Positions 8,907 to 18,222 of a DNA stretch of 64,000 bases are shown in pieces; positions within the stretch are counted from its first letter, which is position 1; every line of letters begins with the position of its first letter. Below the pieces are notes generated by a model. It was not told the DNA's origin. It did not search any database and saw nothing but the letters and a program-made list of their open reading frames with translations. The stretch covers positions 15,149-79,148 of the IMG/VR virus record IMGVR_UViG_3300010430_000020; one strand, 5' to 3'. A program made the position numbers and the translations under genes. This DNA is from a virus.

Positions 8907-9157
8907 TCTTCCCCGAAATCTTCATCCTCAACAATGTCATCATAGAGTTCGTCGCTGTAGTAGCGCTTGTCTATGATGTTATCAAGCGCTTCGGATTCGC
9001 CATAGCAGTCATCAACATAGATATCGATATCGTAGTCCTCAAAGACATTCAGTAGATCATCATATAATAATTCTCGATTTTCAGCGGGCACATTCTTTTC
9101 CACGGCTTGAATAATTTCGTGGAATATGCCGCTCTCTCCAGTAGGTTCTTTCTCCAT
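8903..9157 (-). CDS. acidic hypothetical protein
   Basis: AAGGAG RBS, directly downstream of nrdJ. Confidence 0.65.
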   Translation of the reverse strand: MEKEPTGESGIFHEIIQAVEKNVPAENRELLYDDLLNVFEDYDIDIYVDDCYGESEALDNIIDKRYYSDELYDDIVEDEDFGEE

Positions 9158-9167
9158 TGGTTACTCC

Positions 9168-11060
9168 TTATGCTTCGCATCCCGTTGCAGCTGTACATGC
9201 CAAAGTTTGAGCGCCCTCCACATTATCTTCGTTCTCGATCAGTGCTCCCCAATCGACATCACTGGGCATATCTTTCATCATTGCATCATACTCTTTCTTA
9301 TCAATCTCCTCGTATGGTGCCTGCCTATATGTCCCGCCATCATAGGGAAGGAATGCGACACCAGATAGCTCATCAAAATGTTTCCAGACCCAGGCCCCAA
9401 CCATTGGCCATTCGTGCTCATGTACGGAAACCGTAACACTTGGTTTGTGTTCACACCAATTTCTTTGATATACAAGCCACAAATTCAGGTGATCGATAGC
9501 ATCGATCTGTTTCCTGGTAGTTGCAACCTCCGGTGCCTTCTGAGGGAATGAAAAAACAACATTCTGTGGGTTCATCACATCAGGTTCAAATGGTACACCG
9601 GCATCAATCATGTGCTGTGTCAGCGGGTCTTTAATGTCATTGCGAACTCTACGTATATAGTATTTGGCGTATCGTGGGTGGATGCCCGATGCAGCATTAA
9701 CTAGCTGTGATACGGTCCCGGATGGCTTCACACAGGTAATTGCCGCCGATGCAGGAATATCTAATTCATCTGCCCATTTGATATTGGTCTTGATCGCAAA
9801 GTCGCGTAGATTACTAAGGTTCTCTGGTAGTTCTTTACTTCTGTGATTGTTCAGTTGTTTGTTGTCATAGATACCCGTCAGGGACACACCCAGCAGGCGT
9901 TCTTCCTCGGTGTTACGCTTCCAGATTTTCCGAAGATATGGGAAATTGGTTAATGTGCTCTGGAATGTTCCAAGGATAGTTGCCAATTCGACCTTCTCCA
10001 TCAGGTCTTTCCAGTCATCTTCGGCACGCACCACAACTTCCGTCAAATTACAGAATTGTTGTGGACGGAGTATTATTTCAGAGCATGGGTTGGTTCCGAA
10101 TTCGTGGTTGGGATCGCGGCGGCCCAGCTTCTCGCAAATATTGATAGATGCTTCTCGATTGAATAGCCCGCGCTCGCCGCTCTTAGAATTATAGAGGGCT
10201 AGCCACTCCTCCATAAAAATACCAACATCAGGCTTTTCTGTATAACAGGCGCTGTTGTTGGATAGTGATCGCTGTGGATTTTGTTCCCACCATGCCCCGC
10301 TCTTGGCGTGCCTCATACGATCATCAGACAGATTGCTGAGGCTGATCATGGCCGATCTACGCACTCCCCCCACCACAATGGTCTCGCCCACCTTACACAT
10401 CAAATCATGAGCTTCCAGAGAGGTTAGCTTACGCCCGGCGGCTTCTTTGAAGATATGTACCGTGAACTTGAATAACTCATCCAGAGGACCAGGACCGGAT
10501 GATCTACCACCAAATGTTTTGAGTCTGGCACCAGCAGGGCGCAACCGGCTCAAGTCCCACTGAGGTATCTCACCCGAGTAAAGGAGCGCAATTAACATCC
10601 GCAAAGATTTTGACCAACCTTCTTTCGAGTCCTTGACAACAATGGTTGTCTCGCACGGGAATAGCTGATCAGGAACTTCTGGCAATTTGTTGACATACGG
10701 ACGCTCAACGGAAAAGCCGACACCGGAGCCATTCATCAGGATGTGCATGGCCTCATCAAAAGCCTTGACATCATCAACCGGAAGGTAAGAACAATTATAA
10801 CCAGCTGTGTTATCGCGCGCCAGGGCCTTACCAGCAGTCATTAGAGACCGCATCGAGGGCATCACATCAAAATTAGTAATGGCAGCATGGAGTTTGGTAT
10901 AGAGATTATCGGGGAGTTTGTAGCCAAAATTCGCTTCGAGGTGCAACCGCATAAACTGCATGTATCGCTCGGTAGTTTCATTCCAGTGTTCTCGTCGTTT
11001 CTCTTCATCCACAAATCGCGCATACCGAGATTTATGAATAAATTGGCTATACAAATCCAT
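9168..11060 (-). CDS. nrdJ: class II (adenosylcobalamin-dependent) ribonucleotide reductase
   Basis: PSMR, YNC, GxGVGFS, VGGVRRSA, TNPCSEI, VKPSGTVS, C-terminal ACTAATGCE; no beta-subunit gene nearby. Confidence 0.92.
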   Translation of the reverse strand: MDLYSQFIHKSRYARFVDEEKRREHWNETTERYMQFMRLHLEANFGYKLPDNLYTKLHAAITNFDVMPSMRSLMTAGKALARDNTAGYNCSYLPVDDVKAFDEAMHILMNGSGVGFSVERPYVNKLPEVPDQLFPCETTIVVKDSKEGWSKSLRMLIALLYSGEIPQWDLSRLRPAGARLKTFGGRSSGPGPLDELFKFTVHIFKEAAGRKLTSLEAHDLMCKVGETIVVGGVRRSAMISLSNLSDDRMRHAKSGAWWEQNPQRSLSNNSACYTEKPDVGIFMEEWLALYNSKSGERGLFNREASINICEKLGRRDPNHEFGTNPCSEIILRPQQFCNLTEVVVRAEDDWKDLMEKVELATILGTFQSTLTNFPYLRKIWKRNTEEERLLGVSLTGIYDNKQLNNHRSKELPENLSNLRDFAIKTNIKWADELDIPASAAITCVKPSGTVSQLVNAASGIHPRYAKYYIRRVRNDIKDPLTQHMIDAGVPFEPDVMNPQNVVFSFPQKAPEVATTRKQIDAIDHLNLWLVYQRNWCEHKPSVTVSVHEHEWPMVGAWVWKHFDELSGVAFLPYDGGTYRQAPYEEIDKKEYDAMMKDMPSDVDWGALIENEDNVEGAQTLACTAATGCEA

Positions 11061-11071
11061 TGAGCTACCTC

Positions 11072-11404
11072 TTATTTTTCGAAATTGTTTTCTTTGAGTA
11101 TCTTACTCAGGTGCCTGTTACCATCCAACCAAACATCTGCCAGATATCTCCCGTATTTTCCTTTTTTGTCCTTCTGTGTTCTGAGCACAACTTCGGTACC
11201 TTCGGGCAGCAATTCTTGTACAAATGCCTTTGCCTCCTGTGCTCTCTTTCGTTCGTTTAAATCTTTGGAACGCAACTCTGGGGTATCAATATCCAGTAGG
11301 CGCACTTTTTCCTTATGAAGAACCGTGCTGAACCCCATATCAATATCAACTTCCAGAGTATCACCATCGATAACCCTGCGCACGACCGCTCGGTACTCAT
11401 ACAT
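11072..11404 (-). CDS. thermonuclease (SNase-like) family protein
   Basis: RVIDGDT, VRLLDIDTPE, GKYGRYLA. Confidence 0.85.
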   Translation of the reverse strand: MYEYRAVVRRVIDGDTLEVDIDMGFSTVLHKEKVRLLDIDTPELRSKDLNERKRAQEAKAFVQELLPEGTEVVLRTQKDKKGKYGRYLADVWLDGNRHLSKILKENNFEK

Positions 11405-11975
11405 CTGATCGATAATCCTCAGAGATGTTTGTTATTTCTTGAATGATTTCAGTAGTGGTACCATTACAAATGTAATGGTTTGGATCATATACTAGCAGGA
11501 GGTCCAGTATGGCCTTGTCTATTTCTTGTGATTCCTCAAGGGTATGAACTCTGCCGTTTGATGTGTGGTATTTATTGTTGCGCTGGATGTAATAGTTGAT
11601 ATTGTTGAATTGTGCGAAGGTTTCTAGGAAAAACTGTTCCTGCAAATAGATATAATCCTCATCGAAAAACTTTTTTTCTGTGCGTTTGAGGAAAAATTTT
11701 AGGTATACTGCATTGAGCAACAGCGGGCTATCGCAGATAACAAAATCTACCTTGTCCAATAATCTGTAGATGCGCCGATACTGCTCGGCAAACAATTTGA
11801 TCTGGTTGTGCAGTAGGGAGACATTGCCTTCCCAGGTCACATCCTTGGCATACTCTGATGCCAACTCACAATTAATACCATCCTGCTTCATCAATGAATA
11901 GATGCCGGTTGCAATCGTGGATTTGCCGGTTCCTGGGCCTCCTATGATGTTGATGACTTGAGTCTTAGTGTCCAT
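11397..11975 (-). CDS. P-loop nucleotide kinase (NadR / AAA_28-like)
   Basis: GGPGTGKST, EYAKD, ICDSPLL. Confidence 0.7.
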   Translation of the reverse strand: MDTKTQVINIIGGPGTGKSTIATGIYSLMKQDGINCELASEYAKDVTWEGNVSLLHNQIKLFAEQYRRIYRLLDKVDFVICDSPLLLNAVYLKFFLKRTEKKFFDEDYIYLQEQFFLETFAQFNNINYYIQRNNKYHTSNGRVHTLEESQEIDKAILDLLLVYDPNHYICNGTTTEIIQEITNISEDYRSDV

Positions 11976-12153
11976 TGTAATAACCCTTCATATGTCTTGT
12001 AGTTTGGTCTACCATCTGCCGTTGGGCCGTAATCCCAATCGGTTCAAATACTTGCTTCCAAATATCAAAAGTGACCTTACCCTCGACATCGTAGTTTATT
12101 TTCGTTGCGATGCTATTCCATACATCTAGTTTAAATTTATGTGGATTATTCAT
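11965..12153 (-). CDS. hypothetical protein
   Basis: start placed at MNNPHKFK to avoid a long overlap. Confidence 0.45.
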   Translation of the reverse strand: MNNPHKFKLDVWNSIATKINYDVEGKVTFDIWKQVFEPIGITAQRQMVDQTTRHMKGYYNGH

Positions 12154-12361
12154 TCCGTTTCCTTGCGGTCTTACACACCACTTCTCCTTCATGGATAGAA
12201 TAATCCACCATACCGTCTTCGCCCATACAGACCGAGATAATATAGGTATCATCACCCAAAGATGATGATCCTTTTATGCAGCCGATCATAGGCATTCTTT
12301 CCCCGTTAATGAACAAAACTTCATCGTTACTTTTATATTTCATGTACCTTTCTCCACTCAT
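12146..12361 (-). CDS. hypothetical protein
   Basis: ORF downstream of the primase. Confidence 0.45.
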   Translation of the reverse strand: MSGERYMKYKSNDEVLFINGERMPMIGCIKGSSSLGDDTYIISVCMGEDGMVDYSIHEGEVVCKTARKRNE

Positions 12362-13325
12362 TCAGTTTTACCTTGGCTGATAATCCTCGATACAAGTTCT
12401 CCCATATGATCTCTTCTGGATTCAGTCCGACCAACACCATATCATTGATGTCCTTCTGTTCGATATAATCCGGCCAGATACAGACTCGATAGTACTCATC
12501 GATCTTCTTTTCATACTTCTTGATAATCTCTACATTTCTGGGCTCATTATCATACACAATGATCGCATTATCAGCATCCATCGAATGGAAATCCGCGCCT
12601 GCCATCGCGCAGGCATTCGACAAGAACATTGCATCGAATGGCCCCTCGGTGATGAAATACGGTTTGTTGAAGTCGCACTTATCCCAATTCCAAAGCTTGG
12701 GTTGATCCTCATCGAGCATGATCGTGATGTAACGCAGCTCTGTAGTATATAGAGCGCGGCCCTGGAAGCCGAATAGAGTCCCCCCAGGCTTGAAGAATGG
12801 GATCACAACCCGCGCATCTGACTTGCCAACGTACTCAAACTTTCCTGGGAAAACTGAATTAGTGAAGCCCCGGAAGTTGTCTGTGTATCTCAGATCGTTA
12901 TACCACTTCGATGGTATCTTGCGCCGGTCTAGCCACTGGCGGGCATGGTGGTGCTGATCCAGGGAATTGATGGTAGGGAGGGTATCCAGAGCATTCAGAT
13001 TGGTATGTACCGGCTCCGGCTCAAGAATATCTGCAGTAATCTTGATGTTATCATGATCAACCAGAGACTCTTTTACATACTCCTGGTACATGCCATAGTC
13101 GAGGTCTTTCAGGAAATACTTGAGAGTCGTGGATTTGCCACAGTTGTGGCAGTAGTAGAAGAACTTGCCCTTGTTCTCAATCAGGTAGCCGCGCGCCTTG
13201 CGCGTATTCGTTTCCGAATCGCCACAGTACCAGCACGAGAAGTTGAAGAGTCTGGCAGATTTTTTCTTGAAATTGCGGAGATATGTACGGGTAAGTTCAG
13301 CGTACTTAGAGTCTATATATGACAT
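12333..13325 (-). CDS. gp61: DNA primase
   Basis: CxxCGDS...YCHNCG zinc finger, GFQGR, TEGPFD, DNEPRN, KDINDM. Confidence 0.95.
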   Translation of the reverse strand: MSYIDSKYAELTRTYLRNFKKKSARLFNFSCWYCGDSETNTRKARGYLIENKGKFFYYCHNCGKSTTLKYFLKDLDYGMYQEYVKESLVDHDNIKITADILEPEPVHTNLNALDTLPTINSLDQHHHARQWLDRRKIPSKWYNDLRYTDNFRGFTNSVFPGKFEYVGKSDARVVIPFFKPGGTLFGFQGRALYTTELRYITIMLDEDQPKLWNWDKCDFNKPYFITEGPFDAMFLSNACAMAGADFHSMDADNAIIVYDNEPRNVEIIKKYEKKIDEYYRVCIWPDYIEQKDINDMVLVGLNPEEIIWENLYRGLSAKVKLNEWRKVHEI

Positions 13326-13332
13326 AACAAAC

Positions 13333-13361
13333 TGGGTAGCACTAAAGCATTATGGAGTCAA
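13333..13361 (-). promoter_or_regulatory. host-type promoter for the primase
   Basis: TTGACT-N17-TACCCA, ending 7 nt before the ATG. Confidence 0.45.
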
Positions 13362-13697
13362 CTGGCTCTTCAATTTCTTGTTCTTATCTAGCTGTGACAT
13401 CAAGCGCTTCAGTGTACGTGTCTTTTTTTCCTTCTTGTCCTTCAACCCGAGTAGGGGAGGAGCATAATCAACCTCACCACCGCCGCCATTACCATCCGTT
13501 CCAGAAGACCCCATTTGGTTAGCCGGGCCAGTGCCTTCATCTTCCCTGACGTACTGTTCCCTCAATTTCTTGTTCTTTTCCTTCCAGGCGGCGGCATATA
13601 GCACCTTCTCCCAGCGATCACCATACTGCTCTTTAAAGCCCGACTTGCGGTCTCTGATCCAATCTTCCATTCCTGGCGGGGCGGTCTCTTTGATCAT
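13350..13697 (-). CDS. probable head-associated small protein
   Basis: FKEQYGDRWEKVLYAAAWK module plus a segment resembling the mature gp23 N-arm. Confidence 0.6.
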   Translation of the reverse strand: MIKETAPPGMEDWIRDRKSGFKEQYGDRWEKVLYAAAWKEKNKKLREQYVREDEGTGPANQMGSSGTDGNGGGGEVDYAPPLLGLKDKKEKKTRTLKRLMSQLDKNKKLKSQLTP

Positions 13698-14086
13698 ATC
13701 TGTCGAAGCCTCTGTGCTATAGTATTATCGATAGGCCATTCATCTGTGTAAATAATCTCCTCCTCATCAACATTGTACAGCATATCTGGCATGGAATTCA
13801 ACAAGATCAAGAATGGAGTGATGTATTTAATTTGAGGACGCATCTTCAGGTATAGTATTCGTGGTAGGTGGCGGGGACCGAATACATTGTATAACGTCAT
13901 GACATGGTTAAGGATCAACTGTTCTCGTAACTCACCTCTTTGTTCATAACGAGTAATCAATTTTTTAATATACTTAATTCTGTTCAAGTCTTCCCTGAAC
14001 TCCTCAATATCAATACATTGTGGATTGTCATAGTGTTTAGCGCAGTACAGGAAGTAGTTCTTGTGAGTAAGAGGTTCCAGTATCAT
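13694..14086 (-). CDS. conserved T4-like hypothetical protein
   Basis: AKHYDNPQC...EFREDLNRIKYIKKL...LILNH motif recalled from T4-like phages. Confidence 0.75.
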   Translation of the reverse strand: MILEPLTHKNYFLYCAKHYDNPQCIDIEEFREDLNRIKYIKKLITRYEQRGELREQLILNHVMTLYNVFGPRHLPRILYLKMRPQIKYITPFLILLNSMPDMLYNVDEEEIIYTDEWPIDNTIAQRLRQI

Positions 14087-14089
14087 CCA

Positions 14090-14395
14090 TTAAAAGGTTT
14101 CTAAAGTAATCCGTCTAATAGTATCATCTGCAATTGCAATATAGAGATAGTTACCATCATACCAGATACGTCCTTTCGGCACAGTATCAGTAGATGTAGA
14201 TGGTGTATTACTATTAACAGCAAATATCTGATTAGCACGAGCAACATTAACAGTTACGTTAGCAGCCGAGTTGTTAAAGAAATTTTGAATTGTACACTTT
14301 TCAGTATTCGACCCTGAGTTGGCCACGAGTACCACGAAATCGTTTGATGAAGGTGCAGTACACGCAACCAGCTCAGATATTTTTCTACTAGCCAT
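14090..14395 (-). CDS. virion structural protein (fibre-associated type)
   Basis: MASRKISEL start; GRIWYDGNYLYIA...IRRITL motif typical of fibre proteins. Confidence 0.6.
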   Translation of the reverse strand: MASRKISELVACTAPSSNDFVVLVANSGSNTEKCTIQNFFNNSAANVTVNVARANQIFAVNSNTPSTSTDTVPKGRIWYDGNYLYIAIADDTIRRITLETF

Positions 14396-14405
14396 TAGTT
14401 ACCTA

Positions 14406-15245
14406 TTATGTATTAGGGAATGCTACGTCTTCATCATCACCACTGATTCCACAAGCCACCAGAACCTCTGCCTGAACGCGACCTGCGCGACCACCAGTGC
14501 CTTTAGTGACGAGTACATGGCCGCTGTGAGCAACAGACTGGGCATCATTGAATTTAGATGTAGTGATATTCACCAGAACATTAGCGCCCGTCTGATCACC
14601 CTCTGGGGTCAGCAAGAAGTTGCTGCTGCCTGGGCTTGCGGTATAACTTCCTTCGGTAGCCACCGAAAGTACTTGCGCACCCAACTCAACATTCAGAACC
14701 AAACTGGTACCAGTGCCCGTGACATTAGTTGTTGCTGGGTTAGCACTCGGCACATCAGCAGAGTTAGCATATGAGCCCGGTTTGATGAGGACAATAGATT
14801 CAACATTGCCGGTAGCGTTTGCAGTCACCTGGAATGTTGCAGCGATACCTTCGCCTTCATCTAATGCAACAATATCACCGGTCGTATAATCCTGACCAGC
14901 GGCTGTGTTGACAGCATAGGTTGAGACTTGAACCGTTTCGACATTGATTACTGCATTGGTAGATGATGCGAGATTTGCCGTAAACTGGGTAGTTCCGTTT
15001 GATGTAATCAAAACACCAATACCCGCATTAGCGCCTGGAACAGCGCCAATAATTTTGTATAGGTCGTATGTTGTTTCGTTATCGGCTACACCATAGGTAC
15101 CAACTGTTGCACCAGTAACGAATGCGTCACCAGTATTGTTACCAAATAGCGCATCACGGTTAGCACTATTGGCAGGCAGTTTTACACTAGTCGGTCCCCA
15201 CAATACACTATTAGCAGCCGAGTCGTCGTTTTGCCATTGTGCCAT
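14406..15245 (-). CDS. virion structural protein
   Basis: A/T/G/N-rich; C-terminal AHSGHVL...GTGGRAGRVQAEVLVA motif recalled from T4-like virion proteins. Confidence 0.65.
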   Translation of the reverse strand: MAQWQNDDSAANSVLWGPTSVKLPANSANRDALFGNNTGDAFVTGATVGTYGVADNETTYDLYKIIGAVPGANAGIGVLITSNGTTQFTANLASSTNAVINVETVQVSTYAVNTAAGQDYTTGDIVALDEGEGIAATFQVTANATGNVESIVLIKPGSYANSADVPSANPATTNVTGTGTSLVLNVELGAQVLSVATEGSYTASPGSSNFLLTPEGDQTGANVLVNITTSKFNDAQSVAHSGHVLVTKGTGGRAGRVQAEVLVACGISGDDEDVAFPNT

Positions 15246-15247
15246 TT

Positions 15248-15829
15248 TTATTTTTCCTTGTCTTCTGTATCTTTAAGCAACATATCTAACATGTATTTAG
15301 ATGTTTCGGAAAGTTCTTTCTTCTCTCCATCAATGGTTACTTCTAGACCTTTCCTACGTTCAACACGGCGATCTCTCGCAGTTCGTTTTACTCGTTTTGG
15401 TGCCATTGAAATTCTAGACCCCACAGTAATTCCGTCGATATGATCAATCGACGTGAGTTGTCTCTGTTTTGCCAGACGCTCTTCTTTGCGCTGGCGCTTG
15501 CGATCTTCATGTTCCTGTTTGCTAACCCGCTCGTGGTGTTTAGGACGAAGAGGTGCATCCTTTTTAACATCCAGATCAGGTTTCTTGAACAGTACTCTCT
15601 CATCCTTCTTTTTTGGCGTCTCTTTCAGGACCGGCTCCTCAATTTTGGGGGCGGCCTTGCGAGGCTTAGGAGAAGGAACATTCACTGTTTCATCTGTTGC
15701 AACAGGATCAGGCTCGATCACAGGTAGATCGCCAACCACTGCTTCTGCTGTCGTATTGATAGCCTGAAGTTCATCCGGGGTTGGTATCTTGAACAGAACC
15801 TTCTTACTTGTCGTGTTCGACTCGCTCAT
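15248..15829 (-). CDS. Lys/Arg/Pro-rich hypothetical protein
   Basis: ORF within the late operon. Confidence 0.55.
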   Translation of the reverse strand: MSESNTTSKKVLFKIPTPDELQAINTTAEAVVGDLPVIEPDPVATDETVNVPSPKPRKAAPKIEEPVLKETPKKKDERVLFKKPDLDVKKDAPLRPKHHERVSKQEHEDRKRQRKEERLAKQRQLTSIDHIDGITVGSRISMAPKRVKRTARDRRVERRKGLEVTIDGEKKELSETSKYMLDMLLKDTEDKEK

Positions 15830-16253
15830 CAGCTACTTCCTCTTCTGCTTCTGCTTCTTCTTCGGCCAGCATTTCCAAAATCAAATGCTCAACTTCATCC
15901 TCAGAAAAACCTTCACTCAGAAGATGCTCGATGTGCGGAGACAGCTCTTCTTCGAGGGCAGAAATAATTTCTTCCTCAGTAAGTTCAACTTCTGTCTCTT
16001 CAACTTCTTCACTCTCACCAGTCAGCTTCTTCTTGTACTTGTCCACAGTGGACTTAGGAGCTGACTTTGTTCCATCCTTGCTGTAAACCATCTTATCTCC
16101 ATCCTTGTTAGGATCAATGGCATTTGGCTTCCCATCAGCCATTTCTTGAACTTCCTCTTCCTTTTCAGGGATCAAAACTTTAGCAAGAGCTGCTTTGAAA
16201 GAAGGAGTCACAAATTTCTTATCGTAATGCATCTTAGTCCTCTTATGTTTCAA
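15804..16253 (-). CDS. acidic, probable internal head protein
   Basis: Glu-rich C-terminus with (L/V)-x-E motifs. Confidence 0.55.
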   Translation of the reverse strand: MKHKRTKMHYDKKFVTPSFKAALAKVLIPEKEEEVQEMADGKPNAIDPNKDGDKMVYSKDGTKSAPKSTVDKYKKKLTGESEEVEETEVELTEEEIISALEEELSPHIEHLLSEGFSEDEVEHLILEMLAEEEAEAEEEVADERVEHDK

Positions 16254-16572
16254 TGATTTTTCTAAATCGTTGGTTTGTTCTATTTCTTTTAAGATGTCTG
16301 AGAGTTTCTATGTTCTTATTTATAGTATTGCGAAGGCTATCGATGGGGTTACCAACGACCTGATCAGCCCCCTTCTTAACAAGCTCATGCGCCCTAGCAA
16401 CATCAGGGTTGGGAGATGTTCCCTTATTACGAATATTGCGAAGAACGGCCACCATCATTTCTCTGGGCGTTGCTTTGTGACCCAACATGATTGGGTCGCG
16501 CGGCACCATTGTATTATCTCGCATTCTTGAATAAGGTTTAGATTTCATGTTCTTGTTTTTCTTTTGGTACAC
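16243..16572 (-). CDS. basic hypothetical protein
   Basis: ORF within the late operon. Confidence 0.55.
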   Translation of the reverse strand: MYQKKNKNMKSKPYSRMRDNTMVPRDPIMLGHKATPREMMVAVLRNIRNKGTSPNPDVARAHELVKKGADQVVGNPIDSLRNTINKNIETLRHLKRNRTNQRFRKIIET

Positions 16573-16756
16573 ACTTGAATCGTGCTATTTTATATCTTGG
16601 GTGTGTTGATTTCCATTTTGCTAATTCTACAGCACCGTAATGCTGACATTGCCAGGGAGTTACCCATTTTTTATTCTCTAAAAAAGTTACAGTATAGTCG
16701 TTACAAATTTGTGGGTTGGTCCCTATAACGCAAGCTGTAAAGGCAAGAATGATCAT
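16538..16756 (-). CDS. small four-Cys protein resembling an alphaproteobacterial family
   Basis: C...C...TPWQCQ...ELAKW...HP.YKIARFKC. Confidence 0.55.
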   Translation of the reverse strand: MIILAFTACVIGTNPQICNDYTVTFLENKKWVTPWQCQHYGAVELAKWKSTHPRYKIARFKCVPKEKQEHEI

Positions 16757-16983
16757 GTATCATTTCCTTTTGTAGTTTCTTTCCATTTGGTGGTAGCAGA
16801 CATTGTGCGTTTTTGTTGTTTTGCACGATTGCGTCTGGCTTCCTCCTCACGTTTCCTCTTTTCCATATCTGTAGTGGTGCGCTGCTGTTCACCCGAACGG
16901 GCAGCATTTCTCTGGCGGCGAGCGCCTCCGGGTCCAAGTCTATTCATAATCATTTCGTGGAGTTTCTCTACAATATTAGCCAC
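16753..16983 (-). CDS. small basic protein
   Basis: Arg/Lys-rich; overlaps both neighbours by a few bases. Confidence 0.5.
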   Translation of the reverse strand: MANIVEKLHEMIMNRLGPGGARRQRNAARSGEQQRTTTDMEKRKREEEARRNRAKQQKRTMSATTKWKETTKGNDT

Positions 16984-17665
16984 GGCCTAGTTTCCCCATC
17001 ATGCGCTGTAATAGCGATTTCTTGGCTGCGGGCGGCTCTTCTGTCTTGGACACTGATGATCTAGGAGCAGAACGCGGTTCCATACCACGCGGCCTCTTGA
17101 ATGCTCTGTCATTAACCCTCTTGGCTTCCTGTGGGGAGACCTCTAGGTTACGTTTAAAGTTGTCACTAGCCTCTTTTTTCCACTTATTTTTGATGCGGCC
17201 CATTGCAGCCGTGGCCACAACCTTTTCCTGTGGAGACTTGGCATTATCACGCATTTTCTTGATGTGATGATGCCCATCATCGGCTTCGTGTTTTTTTATG
17301 CTGTCCCGAAACTCGGGGCGAACATTCTCATCCAAGTTTTCTTTCAGTGCTTTTCTTTTCATCGATCTGTATGTCCCGTATCTACGCAGCACATGCTGTC
17401 TAACTTTTTCGTAAATGGCATCATTGGTCAGTACTGTATCTACAATCTTTTCTAGGACACCAAAAATTCTTTCTCTATAATCCTGAAACCGTGCATTCCT
17501 ATTTACATCCTGGAAAGCAATCAGGGTTCGCTGAAGTCGTTCTCGTTTCTCCAACCCAATTCTTAGCAGGTGGATAAATCGTGATCTGGCCCTTCTATTT
17601 GTGGTAATGACTGATTTACTAAGATCAGCCCCCAGGCGCTTACCTGGGACATCCCTATCACTCAT
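16976..17665 (-). CDS. basic, probable internal head protein
   Basis: basic ORF with LKE/LDE motifs. Confidence 0.55.
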   Translation of the reverse strand: MSDRDVPGKRLGADLSKSVITTNRRARSRFIHLLRIGLEKRERLQRTLIAFQDVNRNARFQDYRERIFGVLEKIVDTVLTNDAIYEKVRQHVLRRYGTYRSMKRKALKENLDENVRPEFRDSIKKHEADDGHHHIKKMRDNAKSPQEKVVATAAMGRIKNKWKKEASDNFKRNLEVSPQEAKRVNDRAFKRPRGMEPRSAPRSSVSKTEEPPAAKKSLLQRMMGKLGRG

Positions 17666-18174
17666 CGTTGTTTACGACCATGTAATTTCTTCTTGTGACG
17701 TGGATCATTCTTACCATCCTTGACACCAACCAGCTCTCCACGCAGACGATCAGCTTCAGCCCGCTTCACAGCAGGTCTCAGAATTCTTGTGAGTTTCTTG
17801 GTGATTGCTTTACCAGCGCCCTTCTCGATCATCTTATCGATGGCGACCTTATCAGCCATCCCCAGCTTTCTATATTGCTGGCCCCGCTTACCGGCAGAGC
17901 GTTTACGCATGATCGATCTGGCAAGTCGTTGAGCGCGAATCTTCAGGTTCTTATCGGGAGCAAACTTAACGCGAGCTTTCTTGCGAGCAACAGCCAGCTT
18001 ACGTGCTGTCCGTATCATACGCTGTGCAAGCTTCCTACGATTGGCGACAGATAGTGCCTCCATCATAGACTGTGTTTTTTTATTGGTTATCTCAGGCCGA
18101 AAGTCCAGAAAAGGATTAAAGTTCCGCTTCTTCTGTTCTTTTTCTTCTTCTTTTTTATCGGTTTTTTTAGCCAT
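17662..18174 (-). CDS. basic prohead core-like protein (gp68-like)
   Basis: MEALSVANRRKLAQRM...RAQRLARSIMRKR; late promoter upstream. Confidence 0.5.
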   Translation of the reverse strand: MAKKTDKKEEEKEQKKRNFNPFLDFRPEITNKKTQSMMEALSVANRRKLAQRMIRTARKLAVARKKARVKFAPDKNLKIRAQRLARSIMRKRSAGKRGQQYRKLGMADKVAIDKMIEKGAGKAITKKLTRILRPAVKRAEADRLRGELVGVKDGKNDPRHKKKLHGRKQR

Positions 18175-18202
18175 AATGTGCCCATTTATTATTTTTCTTG
18201 TT

Positions 18203-18209
18203 TATTTAG
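18203..18209 (-). promoter_or_regulatory. late promoter (CTAAATA)
   Basis: intergenic, at the head of the 18174-13350 late operon. Confidence 0.6.
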
Positions 18210-18222
18210 GCAATTTCTGAGC

